From assembly GCA_012513815.1 (NCBI GenBank), contig JAAZBM010000014.1, forward strand, positions 376,568 through 440,567: a DNA stretch of 64,000 bases, read 5' to 3'. Position numbers and translations under genes: made by a program. The first letter of the stretch is position 1, and each line of letters opens with the position of its first letter. Of the stretch, positions 51,939 through 63,046 are shown in pieces. Source of the DNA: Candidatus Sumerlaeota bacterium (GTDB lineage: Bacteria; Sumerlaeota; Sumerlaeia; Sumerlaeales; Sumerlaeaceae). The notes below the pieces were generated by a model. The model was not told the origin of the DNA. It saw nothing but the letters and a program-made list of their open reading frames with translations, and made no database searches.

Positions 51939-53849
51939 TTAATACTGCAAAGGTTCCCTTGCTGCCGCTGCTGTCGGCGTCGTGTCGGCATCCACAAAAC
52001 GCGCGCCCTGCAATTCGGGCAAAAGGCGTGCCCGCTCGGCGTCCTCGCGCCGAATAAACCAAACCTTCCCCGGCGCGAAATAGCGTCCAATCATCTCCGT
52101 TTCCGTTTCATCCTTCAGAATAACCACCAACGGGTTTGCGTCGGGATTCTCCGCGATGCAACGGTTGACGCGTTGACCAACACCGGTATTGCAAGTGATG
52201 AAGTAGTTATAGCGGTCACTGGCGAAATGCGCGCCAAGGAACAACTGCCCCAACGCAAGAAAGAGGAACGCCCCCAAGACCAGAGTCGCCTGCCGGTTGC
52301 AAGGTAAATGGCGCGGCACAATCCCAAGCACAAAGAGCAGAATCAAGAACGGTAATGTGTCGAACAGAAAGCGAGGCCCGAGCAACAGGTCGTAATACTG
52401 ATAGGTGCTGTAGACGGCAATCTGCGCAAAAATCAGGGCAAGCAGAAGTTTGTCTATGCGTGTCATGCGCGTCAACGCAAGCCAAACAGACATCCACACA
52501 AGCAGACCAATCCCCAATCCAACCACAAGGAAATTCGACCAGAGAAGCGATGACGCCATGCGATTCCACGCGTCAATCCACGAGTACGGCATGGCTCCAC
52601 CATGGAATCCCAGACGATGCAGCTCCGGGTTACTAAGCTGATAGCCCGTCACAAAGGCGTTACCGGTCGTTTGCATGTTGTAGAAGAGCAGAACGCACAG
52701 CGGAATCAGTCCGCCCAAAGCCACGGCAGTACCCGCACGCAAGAATTGTCGCCACGGACGCGGCGGGCAGGAGTTCCAAAGCATACACATCCAGACGGCA
52801 CCCCATACCCCCAGATGAACAAGACCCGTCAGCGGCCGCACAAGTACCGCCCAACCAAGGACGAATCCGCCGAAGAGAAACGGCCAAAACCGCCACTGTT
52901 TTCGGTCGGTGGTGACAAGGGGATAAAACATCGCAAACGCCAACAATACCAGCATACCGCTCAGCAGATGGTTCATCAAACTGCCGGCAACAATCAGGTA
53001 AAAGGGCGTCGTCAATAGGACGCACACCGCCACGAAGGAGGCCACATTGCCACGCAAACGGCGCGTAACCCACGCAAGTGTACCGACAAATAAACCACTG
53101 AACAGACAGTCAAAGACATACCACGGCAGGTGCAAAACGCACAAAAGTGTCAAGGGCAGTATATAACCGGGGGTATACTGAGAATAGCTCGGGACGGTGC
53201 GAATTGCGTAAGGAAAGGAGATGACATCGCGCAATTCCTGCGATATGTTCAGAACGAAATGACCGCTAGCAAGCAGTCGAGCCTGAGCAATTTGCGACTG
53301 CGAATCGGTAATAACAATCTGCCCGCGATAAAGATAAAAATGCGAGACGAGCATCGCCACACACCCGGCAAGACCTGCGATAAACGGCCACCAGCGCCAC
53401 GCACGACAATCCACAAAAAGACGCCCCACGCATATGTCGTAACGCCAAACGGCAAGTACCACAAGCGACAAGACGACCAAAATGAAGCTGAGATTTTTGT
53501 AGTCAAAATTGGTCTGCCCAGTCATGTAGCAAATGCCAAGAAGACCCGCGGCCAAAAACGAAAGAATGCTCAATGGAGTCGTCATCCGTGTCACGGGTTG
53601 GCGCCGACGATAGCGCAACGCCACAACCACCCAAACGAGCACAAGCGCCATCACGGACCAGATAAGGATGTAGCGGAAAGTCGTGACAACCCAGTTATAA
53701 ACATAGCTGTCAACATGATACCACACACAGCCGTTGACATAGCCAAGCTTGCCATCCGTCAACGCTGCCATACCGTGGAGAAACAGGAACAAGACCAAGA
53801 GTATCGACAGGATAAAACGCAAAATAAAGACCTGCTGAATATTCCGCAC
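51939..53849 (-). CDS. Polytopic membrane protein, probable GT-C glycosyltransferase
   Basis: Many TM segments; D..Q..QAR, YSQY.PG, LVRP, YN.QTTG, GPRFLF motifs; start uncertain. Confidence 0.7.
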   Translation of the reverse strand: MRNIQQVFILRFILSILLVLFLFLHGMAALTDGKLGYVNGCVWYHVDSYVYNWVVTTFRYILIWSVMALVLVWVVVALRYRRRQPVTRMTTPLSILSFLAAGLLGICYMTGQTNFDYKNLSFILVVLSLVVLAVWRYDICVGRLFVDCRAWRWWPFIAGLAGCVAMLVSHFYLYRGQIVITDSQSQIAQARLLASGHFVLNISQELRDVISFPYAIRTVPSYSQYTPGYILPLTLLCVLHLPWYVFDCLFSGLFVGTLAWVTRRLRGNVASFVAVCVLLTTPFYLIVAGSLMNHLLSGMLVLLAFAMFYPLVTTDRKQWRFWPFLFGGFVLGWAVLVRPLTGLVHLGVWGAVWMCMLWNSCPPRPWRQFLRAGTAVALGGLIPLCVLLFYNMQTTGNAFVTGYQLSNPELHRLGFHGGAMPYSWIDAWNRMASSLLWSNFLVVGLGIGLLVWMSVWLALTRMTRIDKLLLALIFAQIAVYSTYQYYDLLLGPRFLFDTLPFLILLFVLGIVPRHLPCNRQATLVLGAFLFLALGQLFLGAHFASDRYNYFITCNTGVGQRVNRCIAENPDANPLVVILKDETETEMIGRYFAPGKVWFIRREDAERARLLPELQGARFVDADTTPTAAAAREPLQY

Positions 53850-53871
53850 AAGCTACCCTACTTCAAAAAGA

Positions 53872-53948
53872 TGGTACGCCCGACGGGATTCGAACCCATG
53901 ATCTCTTGCTCCGGAGGCAAGCGCTCTATCCAACTGAGCTACGGGCGC
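53872..53948 (-). tRNA. tRNA-Arg(CCG)
   Basis: GCGCCCGTAGCTCAGTTGGATAGAGCG CTTGC CT-CCG-GA GCAAG ... GGTTCGAATCC ... CGGGCGTACCA cloverleaf with encoded CCA. Confidence 0.97.
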
Positions 53949-54132
53949 ACTTGAAGCAATATCGCTTGTAACTAACATTGCTGATGCGACTCTAAGCTAC
54001 AATAGAAGAGAATTGTTGTTCCAAACTGTGTGAAGAGATGACGAAAACAGACAGCCTCTATAGAATAAAGATGTGTTTCATTCTTACCAATTTGGTAGAT
54101 ATAAAATCCTATATGATTAACTAAGGTTTAGC

Positions 54133-55290
54133 ATGACAACAAAGCGTGATTATTACGAGGTTCTGGGCGTATCGAAAACCGCAACTGCCGACGAAATCAA
54201 AAAGGCGTATCGGCAGGCTGCGAAGAAGTATCACCCGGATGTGAATAAGGATAATCCGGAAGCGGAAGCAAAGTTCAAAGAGGCCGCCGAGGCCTATGAT
54301 GTCCTCAATGACGCAAACAAGCGCGCACGTTATGACCAGTATGGACACGAACCGGAGATGGGCGGCGGGTTTGACTATGACGATTTCCGTCGCAGACATA
54401 TGAACGATGCCGATTTGGCGGACATACTCAGTTCACTCTTTGGTGGCGGCATCTTCGGTGGTGGTATGCGCTCGCGCAGACCACGCGGCTCGCAGGCTGA
54501 ACCCGGACGGGACATGATTGCCCGTGTTACGATTGATTTGATTGATGCGTTCAATGGGAAAACGTCGGAGATTGCCATCACACGCCTCGAAACTTGTTCA
54601 AAGTGCAATGGAACAGGCGCAAAGCCCGGAAGCAAAACGGAGACTTGCCCCAAATGTCAGGGGCACGGCGCTGTTCGTATGCAGCAAGGGTTCATCGTTA
54701 TGGACACCACGTGTGATCGATGCCAAGGGTCGGGCACAATCATTTCGGACCCATGCACGGATTGTAGCGGCAGAGGACGCGTCAATGCTCGCAAGAAAAT
54801 TACCATTAAGATTCCGCCCGGCGTCGCCACAGGCTCAAGACTGCGTGTGGCTAAAGAAGGCGAGGCCGGAGTCAAAGGCGGCGAGCGCGGAGACTTATAC
54901 ATCGATATTATTGTCAAGCCGCATCCATTTTTCTCGCGCGAAGAATCGGACTTGTATTGCGTTGTCCCGTTAAGCTTTGCGGACGCCGCGCTCGGAACTG
55001 AATTCGAGATTCCGACGCTCGACGCCAAGAGCGTCAAGGTCAGTATCCCACCTGGCTCACAGCACGGAGACAAGTTGCGTGTGCGTGGATACGGCATGCC
55101 CCGTCTGGGACGGGCGACAGACAAGGGCGATATTATTTTGCTCCTTGCCATCGAGACGCCCAAAAAGTTGTCGAGCCGTGAGAAGGAACTCTACACGGAA
55201 CTCGAACAAATCCGAAGCACCAAACAACTGAAAACGTCTGACATCCAGAAAAAGATGCAAGAGTTGAAGCGTCAGTACTTCCGGGATTAA
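54133..55290 (+). CDS. dnaJ: Chaperone DnaJ
   Basis: J domain with HPD, G/F region, four CxxCxGxG repeats. Confidence 0.98.
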   Translation: MTTKRDYYEVLGVSKTATADEIKKAYRQAAKKYHPDVNKDNPEAEAKFKEAAEAYDVLNDANKRARYDQYGHEPEMGGGFDYDDFRRRHMNDADLADILSSLFGGGIFGGGMRSRRPRGSQAEPGRDMIARVTIDLIDAFNGKTSEIAITRLETCSKCNGTGAKPGSKTETCPKCQGHGAVRMQQGFIVMDTTCDRCQGSGTIISDPCTDCSGRGRVNARKKITIKIPPGVATGSRLRVAKEGEAGVKGGERGDLYIDIIVKPHPFFSREESDLYCVVPLSFADAALGTEFEIPTLDAKSVKVSIPPGSQHGDKLRVRGYGMPRLGRATDKGDIILLLAIETPKKLSSREKELYTELEQIRSTKQLKTSDIQKKMQELKRQYFRD

Positions 55291-55296
55291 CGCGAG

Positions 55297-55626
55297 ATGT
55301 GCCCGTCGAAGAATTCTCAGAGGGTGTACAGCACGGAGACAGGAGACTTGCGCAAACTCAAGTTGCCTGAGGGATTGTCGTTGTCGCAAGAACAGCCAAC
55401 CCCCGCTCAAACAAAAGTGCAGGTTGTCCTTGACCGCAAGGCGCGGCGCGGGAAAACGGTCACTCTTGTCAAGGGCGTCCCCCATGCGCAGGCCGATGAG
55501 CTATGCAAAAAGCTTCGCGTTTTGTGTGGAGCGGGTGGAACTGTCGACGGTGAACAGATTCTCATTCAGGGTGAGCATTGCGACAAGATAACGCAATACT
55601 TGCGTGGCGCAGGCTACCGTCTCTAA
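55297..55626 (+). CDS. Translation initiation factor SUI1 (YciH-like)
   Basis: RK.R.GKTVTLV.G, LCGAGGTV, I.IQGEH. Confidence 0.9.
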   Translation: MCPSKNSQRVYSTETGDLRKLKLPEGLSLSQEQPTPAQTKVQVVLDRKARRGKTVTLVKGVPHAQADELCKKLRVLCGAGGTVDGEQILIQGEHCDKITQYLRGAGYRL

Positions 55627-55642
55627 TCCAGCCAGAATACGA

Positions 55643-57667
55643 CTATTTCTTCCGCATTTTGCGCAAATTGGAGAATTCACGTTCGGCGGCTTCGATAAAC
55701 TCACGCAACTGCATCTTCAGTCGGTCTTCCGAGCTTGGAGCCTCGGCCAGTGCGCTATTCATGAAGTCGCGTCCAAGTATCATTGACGTCTTGAACGGAG
55801 AGGCATTGTCGTCTTCAAGGAACCGGTAAAGGTCATGACCGACAGCCTCATAGAACGTTTTCTGGAACCATGCCGGTTGTGGTGTCAACTGGGTCACGAG
55901 GTCTTTCTCGTAATCAACAAACTGCGGAATCGAACGGTAAGGAGCGATTAAATCATCGACTTCTTTTTGCCGCTGCGCCGTATAAATCGGCACCCGCGGA
56001 GTTCCTACGAATTCACGTTCACGCGACAGGATACGAGCACGCAACTGTATCCGCTGCAAATCGTGCTGGAACATCATCCACCGCAACGCGGCCTTGCGTT
56101 TCGCGGGGCTGCATTGGCTATTGATAATCATGCATTTGCCGTCGACCAGCATATTCGCGTTCTTGTCGCCCGCAGGAATCTTGGCCACGCCAATATCCTT
56201 AAGAAGCATTCCGCTCCGCTGCAATTTCTCGATGGTTTCGCCATTGGCAGGCAAAACCATCATGGCAACATTTCCTTGCGCGAACATTCGCATCAGATTT
56301 GTAGCATAACACTGGTTCACCGGAGGCATGACATCATACTTCGTTTTCAGTTCACGCACCCATTGCAACGCGCTCACCGAAGCCGAAGTGCTCAGGTCGG
56401 TCCGAAGCTTGTCGCCATCTTTGTATTCCAGCCGATTTACACCGGACTGAATCGCCCACTGCGAAAGCTCACGACCACCCTCATTGCCCATACACACAGG
56501 CGCAAAACCATACCGTGGCATCGAATGGTCGGTCAGTTCGACAGCCTTTTTCGCAAGCTCATTCCACGTTTTGGGCAACGCGAAAGATTCGGTCAAAGTC
56601 GTCTGTTTATCTCCACGGTCGATCGAGGCGCCCTGCTTCGCGATTTCCTTTTCCAGAATAGCACCGGGCAGAGTTTGTTCGTTGAAAGGAACATCAAACA
56701 ATGGAACAGCGGATTCGATATCCGACTCCGAGGAATCGTAGAGTGGCGCCGGTGTTGCGCTCGCATCGACATCAGGCATACTGCCCGGAACTGCCGATTC
56801 GAAATCGCCCTCATCTGTTTCTAACTGCGCCTCCGGATAAAGCTGAGGTTGCTGTTGTTGCTCCGCGTCGCGCCGCCTGAAAATGCGTGAGAACAGACCA
56901 CGACGCCGCTGGGGCTGGGGTTGTTGTTGTTGATAGGTGGAATAATCCGTGTAGGTCTGAGCAAGAAGATACAGCGGATCATCGTTGCCACCCTTACCAC
57001 GCTTCTTGCCGGAATCCTTGTCTGCATCCGCAGGCTTAGGTGTGGCGCGAGACTCCGCGGCTTTTCGTGCTGCACGATCGGCATTCGCCAATATCCTACG
57101 GTCATAAAACAACGCCATTGTATACAGGTCAGTGGGCAAACCATAAATCAGCCCATTCTGCATGCACAGCTTAATCGCGTCAGCGGAAATGAAAGCATAA
57201 TCGGGAAAATCCGACAGTTCTTTTGTAATATCCACCGCATAGCTCATGTTAATGATGGCGGGCATCTGCGAAACCGAAACTTCCACGACATCAGGCAGTG
57301 TCCGATTGCGGGCGCGATCGAGGAAGTCTTCCGGCGTGTATCGCCACATGCTAATATGCACTTTGACATCATGGTTCGCGGCCTCAAACATCTTGATTTC
57401 ACGCGACAAAGCTTCCATCTCGGCGGGATGGTCAGGACGAGGAACCATATTCACCGTTATCTCGGTACGCCCGGAAATACTCGTATCATTCTTGGCGACC
57501 GGGTCGTGACGTGCCAATGTGGCCGTCTTGGTAACGGCACGGGATGTGAGCAGTTTCCCGACTTCATCTTTGGCGGGAGCTTGATGTGGACTAACCCACT
57601 CTTTGCATGATGGGAAAAACCAACACACAAAGGCAACTGTCAACAGGCAGATAACGATTCGCTTCAT
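55643..57667 (-). CDS. Extracellular solute-binding protein (family 1) with large low-complexity insertion
   Basis: Signal/lipoprotein N-terminus; PDVV, IYGLP, LFY, PKTWNEL, FAQGNVAM motifs. Confidence 0.8.
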   Translation of the reverse strand: MKRIVICLLTVAFVCWFFPSCKEWVSPHQAPAKDEVGKLLTSRAVTKTATLARHDPVAKNDTSISGRTEITVNMVPRPDHPAEMEALSREIKMFEAANHDVKVHISMWRYTPEDFLDRARNRTLPDVVEVSVSQMPAIINMSYAVDITKELSDFPDYAFISADAIKLCMQNGLIYGLPTDLYTMALFYDRRILANADRAARKAAESRATPKPADADKDSGKKRGKGGNDDPLYLLAQTYTDYSTYQQQQPQPQRRRGLFSRIFRRRDAEQQQQPQLYPEAQLETDEGDFESAVPGSMPDVDASATPAPLYDSSESDIESAVPLFDVPFNEQTLPGAILEKEIAKQGASIDRGDKQTTLTESFALPKTWNELAKKAVELTDHSMPRYGFAPVCMGNEGGRELSQWAIQSGVNRLEYKDGDKLRTDLSTSASVSALQWVRELKTKYDVMPPVNQCYATNLMRMFAQGNVAMMVLPANGETIEKLQRSGMLLKDIGVAKIPAGDKNANMLVDGKCMIINSQCSPAKRKAALRWMMFQHDLQRIQLRARILSREREFVGTPRVPIYTAQRQKEVDDLIAPYRSIPQFVDYEKDLVTQLTPQPAWFQKTFYEAVGHDLYRFLEDDNASPFKTSMILGRDFMNSALAEAPSSEDRLKMQLREFIEAAEREFSNLRKMRKK

Positions 57668-57731
57668 TCAAACGCTAACTTCAATTCAATTTTCTAATAC
57701 ATATAAAACTCAAACCGGTATTAGTTCGCAA

Positions 57732-57771
57732 TAAAAAGGGGCATCGTCCAACACCATCGGACAATGCCCCT
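57732..57771 (-). terminator. Rho-independent terminator
   Basis: Minus strand AGGGGCATTGTCC..GGACGATGCCCCT followed by TTTT. Confidence 0.8.
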
Positions 57772-57798
57772 CCATAGTAACTGCGTAAATACACAGCC

Positions 57799-58799
57799 TT
57801 ATTTGGCTGCTGTTGTCTGCTCGTCAGCCGGTTTTGCGGCCTCGGCATCCTTTGCGGCTTTCATTTTATCCTGAGCTTTTTTCAGCTGAGTCGAAATTTC
57901 TTTGATTGCTTGGGCAAAGTTGCCTGTGGGATAATCGGCCAGATACTTGTCGAATTTGGCAATGATAGCATCAAAAGCCGCGGCATCCGGATTGCCTTGG
58001 GTTGCCAGACTCTGAAGCGAGTTCCATGTTTCGATACCGGCTGTGACATCCTTCTGAAGCTTCTCAAGGTCTTCGGCAGCCATCGTCCCCTTGCTCAGAA
58101 GAACAGCCTTGGCTTCCATTGTAGAGGTGACTGTCTGGTCGCCTTTGGGCGAGGTCAGCTTTGTCGCAAGATCCATCGAAATCGAAGAAAGCAAGCTATC
58201 CTTGTAGGCATATTCCAACTTATACTTGTTGATTGTTTCGGACTCTCTGACAGTTTTGGGTTCCTTTAGTTCCATTGTAAAGACACGGGCACCATCCTTC
58301 TCGGCCAGCGCGACAGGCAGTTGCAAATCCAACCCCTGAGGGAACGGAACCGCAAGAGCCGATGCTTCCTTCTTGGGAATAGGCAGGAACAAACCGGCGG
58401 GGCTACCCGGAACACTCTGATACACACCATTGGTCTGACCAATCTCACCATTTTTCAACAGTTCAAAGGTAAACGGGAAAGACGGCGCATCGCTGTCGCC
58501 CTTAAGATCCGCAGGCAAGGTCAGTGTGACTTTGCCAAACAGAGTGTTGGCCTTGTCGCTCACGCTCAGAACAATAAATTCAGAGGTTGCCTTGACTTGT
58601 TGCTCTTTGGGAGCGCCATATGTTAAGACCTTATAGTTCTCTCATACTTGAGGTTATCTCCTACTTTCAAAACATAAGCATCGGCGACATAAGCGTCGGC
58701 CGCGGCCATCGAAGCGGAGGTTTGTTCCTCTGATGCAAAAACTGACGAAGCCAACACGACCGTTGCGGCCGTAACTGGCAAAACTGCCTTTAATAGCAT
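57799..58799 (-). pseudogene. Secreted hypothetical protein interrupted by a 2-nt frameshift
   Basis: AGGAG RBS and ATG at 58799 begin a signal peptide; the frame breaks at GAGAGA (58638-58643) and continues into ORF 57799..58563. Confidence 0.7.
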
Positions 58800-58934
58800 T
58801 GTATTTCTCCTAAGTTAAATTAAAGAACTCTCTTATAGTAAACCCTTAATTGAATGTTATTGGAACAATAATTTAGACTGTGCAGAATTATTACTATTGT
58901 TGCCTCATTAGTAACGACACGGAATGGAACATAA

Positions 58935-59975
58935 ATGGCTTGGTTTTTTAATCGCGGTAATGATAAAGACGAAAAGACAGCACCGGTTAGCGCCGAGGAG
59001 AAGGCGCCTGTGGATGCCAAGGAAGTAGAATCGACAGACCGGAATGCCGAACCCGAGGCCCATGGGTTATTCGGGAGGATGAAGGCCGCCCTCGCGAAAA
59101 CGCGCAATGGTTTTGTGGATCGCATCCGCGAGGTCATCAAGGCCGCTAGCGGAGTGGACGAAAACCTACTGGACTCGATTGAGGAAATCTTGATTAAGGC
59201 GGATTTGGGAGCCGAAACAACTTTTCATATCATCGAGCAATTACGCGAATTCGAAGCGCGTGGAGCCTCGCCCAACGAACTGCTGCAAAGTTTCAAGGAC
59301 CAACTCTATGACATCGTCGCCAAAGACCAAGACAAAGTGACATGGGGTAAAAAGACTGATAATCCGCTGGTGATTCTCGTGGTCGGCGTCAATGGAACCG
59401 GCAAGACGACAACGATTGGCAAACTCGCCGCAGAGTTCACCGAGGCGGGCAAAAAGGTGCTTTTGGCTGCCGGTGACACGTTCCGAGCGGCGGCAATCGA
59501 ACAACTCGAAATTTGGAGCAAGCGCACAAACAGCGCTTTTGTGTCCAAGAAAATGGGCAGTGACCCCTCCGGAGTTGCCTATGAGGCGTGCGAACGAGCC
59601 ATCAAAGAAGGATATGATGTCGTTCTGATTGACACGGCAGGACGCCTACACACCAAAGTCAATCTGATGGAAGAGCTGAAGAAGATTGTGCGTGTCATTC
59701 AAAAGGTCATCCCGAACGCCCCGCACGAAACCCTGTTGGTGCTCGACGCGACAACCGGCCAGAACGCCATTCAGCAAGCCAAAGTCTTCAGCGAAGACAC
59801 ACCGCTGACTGGGTTGGTTTTGAGCAAGCTTGATGGAACCGCGAAGGGCGGCGTACTCATTGGCATCCGCAATAAGTTTGATATTCCTGTCATCAAAATC
59901 GGTGTCGGCGAAGGCGTACATGACCTTCGTGACTTTGATGCCAGAGAATTTATCGACGCGTTATTCGCCGAGTAA
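58935..59975 (+). CDS. ftsY: Signal recognition particle receptor FtsY
   Basis: GVNGTGKTTTIGKLA, DTFRAAA, DTAGRL, DATTGQN, KLDGTAKGG. Confidence 0.98.
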   Translation: MAWFFNRGNDKDEKTAPVSAEEKAPVDAKEVESTDRNAEPEAHGLFGRMKAALAKTRNGFVDRIREVIKAASGVDENLLDSIEEILIKADLGAETTFHIIEQLREFEARGASPNELLQSFKDQLYDIVAKDQDKVTWGKKTDNPLVILVVGVNGTGKTTTIGKLAAEFTEAGKKVLLAAGDTFRAAAIEQLEIWSKRTNSAFVSKKMGSDPSGVAYEACERAIKEGYDVVLIDTAGRLHTKVNLMEELKKIVRVIQKVIPNAPHETLLVLDATTGQNAIQQAKVFSEDTPLTGLVLSKLDGTAKGGVLIGIRNKFDIPVIKIGVGEGVHDLRDFDAREFIDALFAE

Positions 59976-60054
59976 TCGGCCACAAACGTTTTTTTCTTTT
60001 CGTTTATTCTGTGATATCAAGTCATTTTGTTTTATTATTATTGTATAGTATTAA

Positions 60055-61755
60055 TTGATGGAGTGCCCTTTCTGCCATACCGAGAACCGTGAAGACCGAG
60101 AGACTTGCTACATATGTGGCGGAGATCTCGGTATGCTACGTGTTGTCGCCAACAAGGCACGGCACCACTACAACATTGCTCTGGAACACGCGGAGCGCGG
60201 ACGCACAGAAGATGCCATCGACGAGCTTCACAACGCGCTCGACCTGAACGCCAAACTCATTCCTGCGCATAATCTGCTTGGGACGCTCTTGGCGCGTCAG
60301 GGGAATGTCGAGGAGGCTCGCAAATCGTGGGAAAGCGCGTTGCAAGTCGACCCGAACACGGCAAAATCGTATAACTATCTCAATCGTCTTGAGACAATGC
60401 GCGAATCGCTGCCGATGATTGAACGCCTTCAGCAAGTCTGCTTGGCATTGGTTCTCGTGGTATGCATTCTTGTTGCCGTTCTGTTTTATCTGGGACGCAC
60501 CGACCCCGCTCAACAGCTGATTACGGAAGCGCAAGAGGCCTATGACAAAAAGCAATATGGCGAGGCGCTCGAGTTGCTCAATCAAGCAACGGTCAAACGC
60601 AACAGCTCGGACACTACACAAGTCGCGGCCGATTCGTTGCGCCGAGCCATCACTTCGTCAGTTGATGTTTCGCTCAAACAAATTCGCGATTTCTCTACTC
60701 GCAACGAGTACAACAAAGCAATCGCGGCCATCAGCGAACTGGAAAAAAACGGGCCTGACCAAGCCACGAGTAAGGTGCTCGAGATGCTCCGTACCGAGGT
60801 GCATGACCAGTTCCGTAACTCTATCGCCTCGCTGCAAAACGAGTACGAGGAAGGCAAAGCCGAGTACAGCACTCTCACGAAACGCATTACGGATTTCCTT
60901 GAGTTATATCCCGAGGTGCTAGAAAAGGACAGCCTCCGCCAGGATTTAGCAAAGGCGCGTGACATCGAGGTCAAACGCCGCGTTGATAAGATTCGACAGG
61001 AATTCGACAAGAATAACGGAAACGATGGAGCCGTCGAGAACGCGATTAGCTCGCTGCAATTACTCGGGACGGAGTTCCCCGGTTCTGAAGCTCTCACCCG
61101 CGAACGCAAGCGGTTTGTCGCCGACCTGCTGCTGTTCTGCTATGACCGACTCAACACGGAGATGCAGGAACAACAGTATGATTTGGCGCAGCGACACCTC
61201 ATCGAATTGGCCAATTTCGCCGGAGAATTCCAAGACATTGTCAACTACACGACGATTATCCCGATGCTTGAAGAACGACTCGTACAAGGCATCAAGGACC
61301 AGCAGTTGCTCCTGACGGAACAGTACATCCGCGAAAAAGATTACGACGCCGCGGACGAAGCCTTGCGTGAATTACTCTTGGCGTCTGATTTGCTCACCTC
61401 CGGCGAACTGGCAATTTTGCGCGAGTATGTGGACAGGCTCAATTCGGAAGAATGCGCCGACGAAGTCAAACAGATTGTCGACCAGATGAAGAGCTATCTG
61501 GACTTGACGATTGACGACTCTATCGCTCAGCAAACAGTGAATGACTATCAACACATTTTGGATGTCTCGCCCAAAATGAATTCGACTCAAAAGACGAGAC
61601 TGCTGGCATGCGCCGTGGCTGCGGCGTCGAAACTCGACGACGACACTGAGGCACGTGCCGCTTTTGAAAAGTATCTGCGGGCCGCTCCACAAGCCACTCT
61701 TACGAGAGATTTGAGACGTCTCAACCCCGCATTGAGAAATGTCAGGGGGCAATAA
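60055..61755 (+). CDS. Zinc-ribbon plus TPR membrane protein
   Basis: CPFC..CYIC, TPR pair, single TM segment (CLALVLVVCILVAVLFYL), helical C-terminal region. Confidence 0.75.
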   Translation: MMECPFCHTENREDRETCYICGGDLGMLRVVANKARHHYNIALEHAERGRTEDAIDELHNALDLNAKLIPAHNLLGTLLARQGNVEEARKSWESALQVDPNTAKSYNYLNRLETMRESLPMIERLQQVCLALVLVVCILVAVLFYLGRTDPAQQLITEAQEAYDKKQYGEALELLNQATVKRNSSDTTQVAADSLRRAITSSVDVSLKQIRDFSTRNEYNKAIAAISELEKNGPDQATSKVLEMLRTEVHDQFRNSIASLQNEYEEGKAEYSTLTKRITDFLELYPEVLEKDSLRQDLAKARDIEVKRRVDKIRQEFDKNNGNDGAVENAISSLQLLGTEFPGSEALTRERKRFVADLLLFCYDRLNTEMQEQQYDLAQRHLIELANFAGEFQDIVNYTTIIPMLEERLVQGIKDQQLLLTEQYIREKDYDAADEALRELLLASDLLTSGELAILREYVDRLNSEECADEVKQIVDQMKSYLDLTIDDSIAQQTVNDYQHILDVSPKMNSTQKTRLLACAVAAASKLDDDTEARAAFEKYLRAAPQATLTRDLRRLNPALRNVRGQ

Positions 61756-61776
61756 CTTTCGCGAAAGGTTCATTAT

Positions 61777-62205
61777 ATGAAAAAAGTATTTCGTAATCAT
61801 TTCATCGCACTCACATTTATCGCAACGTTCGCGCTCATGCTGACAACCGGATGCAGCATATCAATACTGCGGCCAACGACAGTCCTGACAACATGGGTGA
61901 CGGAGTCTTATCCCAACGCGTCTCAGGAACCCGGCACAGCACGCAAGGAAGCCCAAGAAAAAGCTGCCGAGAAGGCACGTGTCAACCTCATGAATCAGGC
62001 CGGAAACTTGCATGCAGCCAATGGCATGACCGTGAATCAATTGATGACACAGAACACAGCGTTGCGGCAAGAGGTGCTGCAAACAATCCGTGTGAACGCC
62101 GACCAGTATAATCATGTGTCGCCTGAGCAGCAACTGGTGACAGTGCAGCTCACCATTCCCGAAAGTCGCATCATGCGCACGGTCAACAAGAGCATAGGAC
62201 AGTAA
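61777..62205 (+). CDS. Putative lipoprotein
   Basis: Signal peptide with LTTGC lipobox. Confidence 0.65.
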   Translation: MKKVFRNHFIALTFIATFALMLTTGCSISILRPTTVLTTWVTESYPNASQEPGTARKEAQEKAAEKARVNLMNQAGNLHAANGMTVNQLMTQNTALRQEVLQTIRVNADQYNHVSPEQQLVTVQLTIPESRIMRTVNKSIGQ

Positions 62206-62211
62206 CAATAC

Positions 62212-63045
62212 ATGCTCTCATCAACCTGTCAGAATACCATTTTGCTGTGCGGGGATTTGCATTGCGGAAAGGGCTATCGCGCCGAGTGCGCTGATGGTCT
62301 GATTCGCGCATGTGGCAATCTGAGGCCGGACGCAATCGTCATGGCAGGTGACTTAACTTTTCGCGCACGGGCAAATCAATTCGCGATGGGTAAAGAGATT
62401 CTTGAGAAAATGGGCAAGCCGTTGTTGCTCATTCCGGGCAATCATGACATCCCCCTCTACGACCTCGTGACGCGGATGCTCAATCCATTCCGCATATGGA
62501 AGAAAACGTACAAGGCGCTTGGGGCTGTTTCCGAACTGGATATGCCCGCCGTGCAAATCCTCGGATTGCACACCATCAAACCGTTTGTTCATCAAAAGGC
62601 TTTCCTCACCAAAACGCACCGCAAACAAATCACTGACTGGATGCAACGCTGTCGTCAAACATCGTCGGACAATCAGCCGTGGCGCGGCGTCGTTATGCAT
62701 CAGCAGTTGTTCAATCTGAAACATCATTACAGACCCGGCATTATGTTTGAACCGAAGAAAGCCGTAGCATTTTTAGAAAACGCCGGAATTGATTTTGTCC
62801 TTTACGGTCATGTTCATTATCCGATTGTCGCAGACGCCAATGTCTATTTTCCTTTTTTGAAACGCCGCCTAACTCTCATCGGATCCGGGACTGCATCCAA
62901 CAAACGCACACGCGGCCCCAACCCCAACAACACATTCCAGTTGTTGACTTTCTCGCTCAACGAAATCCGCGTGGACACATATGCATGGAACGAGCAAACC
63001 AACGAATTCGCCGCAAACGACACGGTCACGGTGGCAAGAGCATAA
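62212..63045 (+). CDS. Metallophosphoesterase
   Basis: DLH, GDLT, PGNHD, GHVH motifs. Confidence 0.93.
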   Translation: MLSSTCQNTILLCGDLHCGKGYRAECADGLIRACGNLRPDAIVMAGDLTFRARANQFAMGKEILEKMGKPLLLIPGNHDIPLYDLVTRMLNPFRIWKKTYKALGAVSELDMPAVQILGLHTIKPFVHQKAFLTKTHRKQITDWMQRCRQTSSDNQPWRGVVMHQQLFNLKHHYRPGIMFEPKKAVAFLENAGIDFVLYGHVHYPIVADANVYFPFLKRRLTLIGSGTASNKRTRGPNPNNTFQLLTFSLNEIRVDTYAWNEQTNEFAANDTVTVARA

Positions 63046-63046
63046 G

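Noticed and set aside
53872..53948. tRNA-Arg as integration site of the island
   Set aside because: No duplicated tRNA 3' end or integrase seen, and the intervening genes look native
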